A stretch of DNA of 63,560 bases, counting the filler, from Folioceros fuciformis (taxonomy: Eukaryota), in the NCBI GenBank assembly GCA_049999805.1. It is 6 parts of 6 records of this genome, joined end to end, with 100 filler letters (N's around TTAATTAATTAA, not from the genome) between each part and the next. Parts side by side here need not be neighbours in the genome. Positions count along the whole stretch, not along the records: positions 59,435 to 63,560 come from JBNGIO010004173.1; 5 more parts are not named here. One strand, given 5' to 3'. The first letter of the stretch is position 1; each line of letters opens with the position of its first letter. The translations under genes were made by a program, and so were the position numbers. The notes beneath the pieces are model-generated. The model had not been told where the DNA came from, searched no databases, and saw only the letters and a program-made list of their open reading frames with translations. Positions 60,966-63,560 of this stretch are shown one piece after another.

Positions 60966-63560
60966 GTGCTGCAAATATGTCAAACCCCTCTCGTCGGTCG
61001 GGGCCTGGGGTGCGGCATCCGAGCTCTCTACCTTGCCAGAATTCTGAACCGTTGGGCTCTTCGAATTCGGCATGGAGTCTCCGTCTCCACTGGACCTGGA
61101 AGTTGGATCCGAAGGTTGGATTTCAATGTCCGGGTATGCTGCCCTGAATCGATTCCTTAGTCCTTCATCCACCAGCCGCACCCCGTTCAGTTGGTTCCCT
61201 AATGATATCCATCTGCACCCACCGACATAGCTTAGAAGGGTTTAGGACCTGGGCCATGAACTTGGTAACCTGGACGAACCACTTAGCGGCGCACTCAGGT
61301 TCAGAGCATATACCCTGCATGCGTGTTGTGCATCCGTGCAAAAAGTTCTAACTTCCGTGTTCGGGGGCTTATCCTTTCCAGCAACGGGTACATCTGAAGA
61401 TGAACAACGATACTTAGTACGGTCGTCCAGCATCTGGACGCTGGCCCATATACAAGTACACCAGTCGATCCCTAAAGTCACGTTACCTCATCTGGCTTGC
61501 GACTTGTTTCACGAACTTCAGCAACTATGACGTCTGTGTCAATATTGCGGTTCACCTCTGGCTGGCCCTTGATACCAACGAGGCAATGCTCCTTGCTGTG
61601 GTTCAGCCAGTGGCCAGTGCGACCGGTTCTGATTATTCTCTGTAGCTGATTCGTCTTCACCCAGATGATTTCTTCCACCCGGCGATACCCCCATAATTCC
61701 AAGCTGCACAGGCGGAGACCCCAGGCATAACAAAATCAATCCCAGAAGACCACAAAATGGTGAGCATATTGTACTTCTTGCTCGCCAGACGCACATACCA
61801 TTCTCGTCCAAGCTCCATTGCTCGACCAGTGACCCAAAGAAAAATGAGGCCGTCGGTTTGCAGAGCTGGTACATTCAGATTCCGCATCTCCTCATCTCCC
61901 ATAGTCCCATACGGAAGTTCCATATGAATATCCCATGGTGGGTCTGCCATAATCACCCCAAAATGTCCCAAGACATCCATACGGAAGGTTCGAATATCAC
62001 AGTTTATCCACTGAGGTTCGCCCAGCTCTGCGTCCGAGCAATAATGGGCACGCTGTGGTCTTGACATAGGCCTAGAAGGAGGAGGGAGTCCAGGGGCGCC
62101 CAGCATCATGCTTGGAATATCAGGCACAGGATCGAGCTCATAGTGCACATACTTGCAAGTCTGCATAGTAAGAGAGTGAGAAGCATCAGCTATATCCACT
62201 GCATTTCTAACAGTTGGCACTAAAGAAATTGGTGCCTAAGGATGCCTGCCTTCATATGTCGGCAAGTATCCAAAAACGAGCAGTCTCCTAAATTGATCTC
62301 AGTATGCGGAGCCATTATCCTTCTGAAATGAACCTGCAGAGAAGCAAGACAATGATAAACACAAGCTACCCAAGTCAGTGAGGACAAAGCTTCACACAAT
62401 TCCACTGAAACAGATGATACGCCAAGCTGATTCAATACCTTCTCACAGGCCATGTATGACCCTTGCTGACGACGACAGTCCTCTTTTGTTAAATATGGGC
62501 AATATTCCTTGACAGCTGAAGGCCCCACTGTCTTGAACTGCACCCAAAATCCAATAGGTTTAATTCCTCTCATAAGAAACAGACCTTAAGACAACATAGT
62601 TGACCACCAAATGCTTCACCTACTTTTGCTGCAGCAGCAGTTTCCTTTGCAGTGGGCTTATGTAGAAGCTCTAAAAGCTCCTCCCCTGTTTTCGATTGCT
62701 GCAATTCTTTGTAAGACTTCTTGCTCAAAATACTATCCAGGTCCTTAATCTCATCTTCTTCAGCGCTTCTTAATTTTGCATTAGCATACGGAGGGCCAGG
62801 TCCTAAGGGCCTCTGAAACGGAGGCATGCCACCAAAGCCTAAACCTAATCCCGGCACTCCTGGACCCGCCATTCCCATCATCCCCATTGCACGAGGTCGA
62901 GGCGCCATCATAGGAGGACCACCAGGGTACATGGGTGGTCCAGGCATCGGAGGACCACCCTGAAGATGAGGCTCCCCTCCACACCACATGTCTTGTCTCG
63001 GTGGACCTGGACCCATTCCCATGATACCCCCGTTTGGCTCCATTCCCATGACAACTCCCATAAGATGAGGACCTCCACTACCCGGGTCTACTCCCATGCG
63101 GGGATGGGGAGCCGGTGGTGGCAACTCCTTCATCAGCCGAGCTCTGTCAACGCTCAGAACCATAAGCCTCCGTAGCTTCCCACCCACAAAGTATTCCTCC
63201 ACCTCCACTGCAGGATTAGGGCCGCCAGCGAGAGCTGACAACGCTGCTTCAACACCTGCAACACCACCCCCCTCACCTCCCAATTCATTCATCGCATCCC
63301 TTTCCTCACCAGAGGGATTCTTAGCCAACCGACGATGCAGAGCACTAGAATCAGTGGGAATAATAACCATGGACGACATCAAGCACGCTGCAACCATCTG
63401 TTTCACAAACCCTAAAGCTCCAACGCGGCCCCTCCTAAACCCCTCCCCTCCGCCATCCCCCATCCAAACATCACCTCCTCTGTGGTGATCCACCTCTCCA
63501 TTTGGGCCACGATGCAGCCTCCCCTCAGCACCTCCATTTGCAAACCCTCGACCCCCAACT
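60966..63560 (-). CDS. MTA: mRNA m6A methyltransferase MTA (METTL3/MT-A70), partial; exons 62624-(63560), 62439-62537, 62250-62333, 61799-62160, 61487-61703, 61314-61393, (60966)-61212
   Basis: CCCH region KEYC...CEKVHF...[80 protein letters not shown]. The start lies beyond the window and the stop is probably in the N gap. Confidence 0.96.

Noticed and set aside
49145..63560. Apparent chromatin / cell-cycle / m6A gene cluster (SWC2, cyclin B, F-box, MTA)
   Set aside because: An artificial linker at 59335-59434 separates the genes, and no functional clustering is evident.

Overview
Eukaryotic (land plant) draft-assembly DNA, not one continuous locus. Five artificial 100-bp linkers (44 N + TTAATTAATTAA + 44 N) join six scaffolds, so nothing can be inferred across them. 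Segment 1 (1-9425): nested, degraded Ty1/copia elements. Segment 2 (9526-19622): a spliced DUF1639 gene, a decayed tRNA-Ala-like sequence and the axonemal gene CFAP57/WDR65 (3'-truncated). CFAP57 together with land-plant gene families and short introns points to a plant with flagellated sperm, probably a bryophyte or lycophyte (inference). Segment 3 (19723-32072): transposon debris, including an intron-containing DUF7869-type transposase pseudogene, copia remnants and a 2.3-kb solo-LTR-like insert. Segment 4 (32173-44796): a TORNADO1-like LRR-Roc gene, a steroleosin/HSD-type SDR pseudogene, a dead PIF/Harbinger element and a pair of diverged ~1.2-kb repeats. Segment 5 (44897-59334): gene-dense, with a SERK-like LRR-RLK, FAX/TMEM14, SWC2/YL1, cyclin B (with an MSA-element cluster), SERINC and a CRE-like retrotransposon tail. 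Segment 6 (59435-63560): an F-box gene and the m6A writer MTA/METTL3. I cannot support a wholly new biological system here. The most notable pattern is in segment 5: three normally intron-containing genes (SERK-like, FAX, cyclin B) show no coding introns, yet each has a splice-acceptor-like site just before its ATG, and the SERK stop codon runs almost directly into the FAX leader. All family assignments come from motifs recognised by eye; no database search was run.
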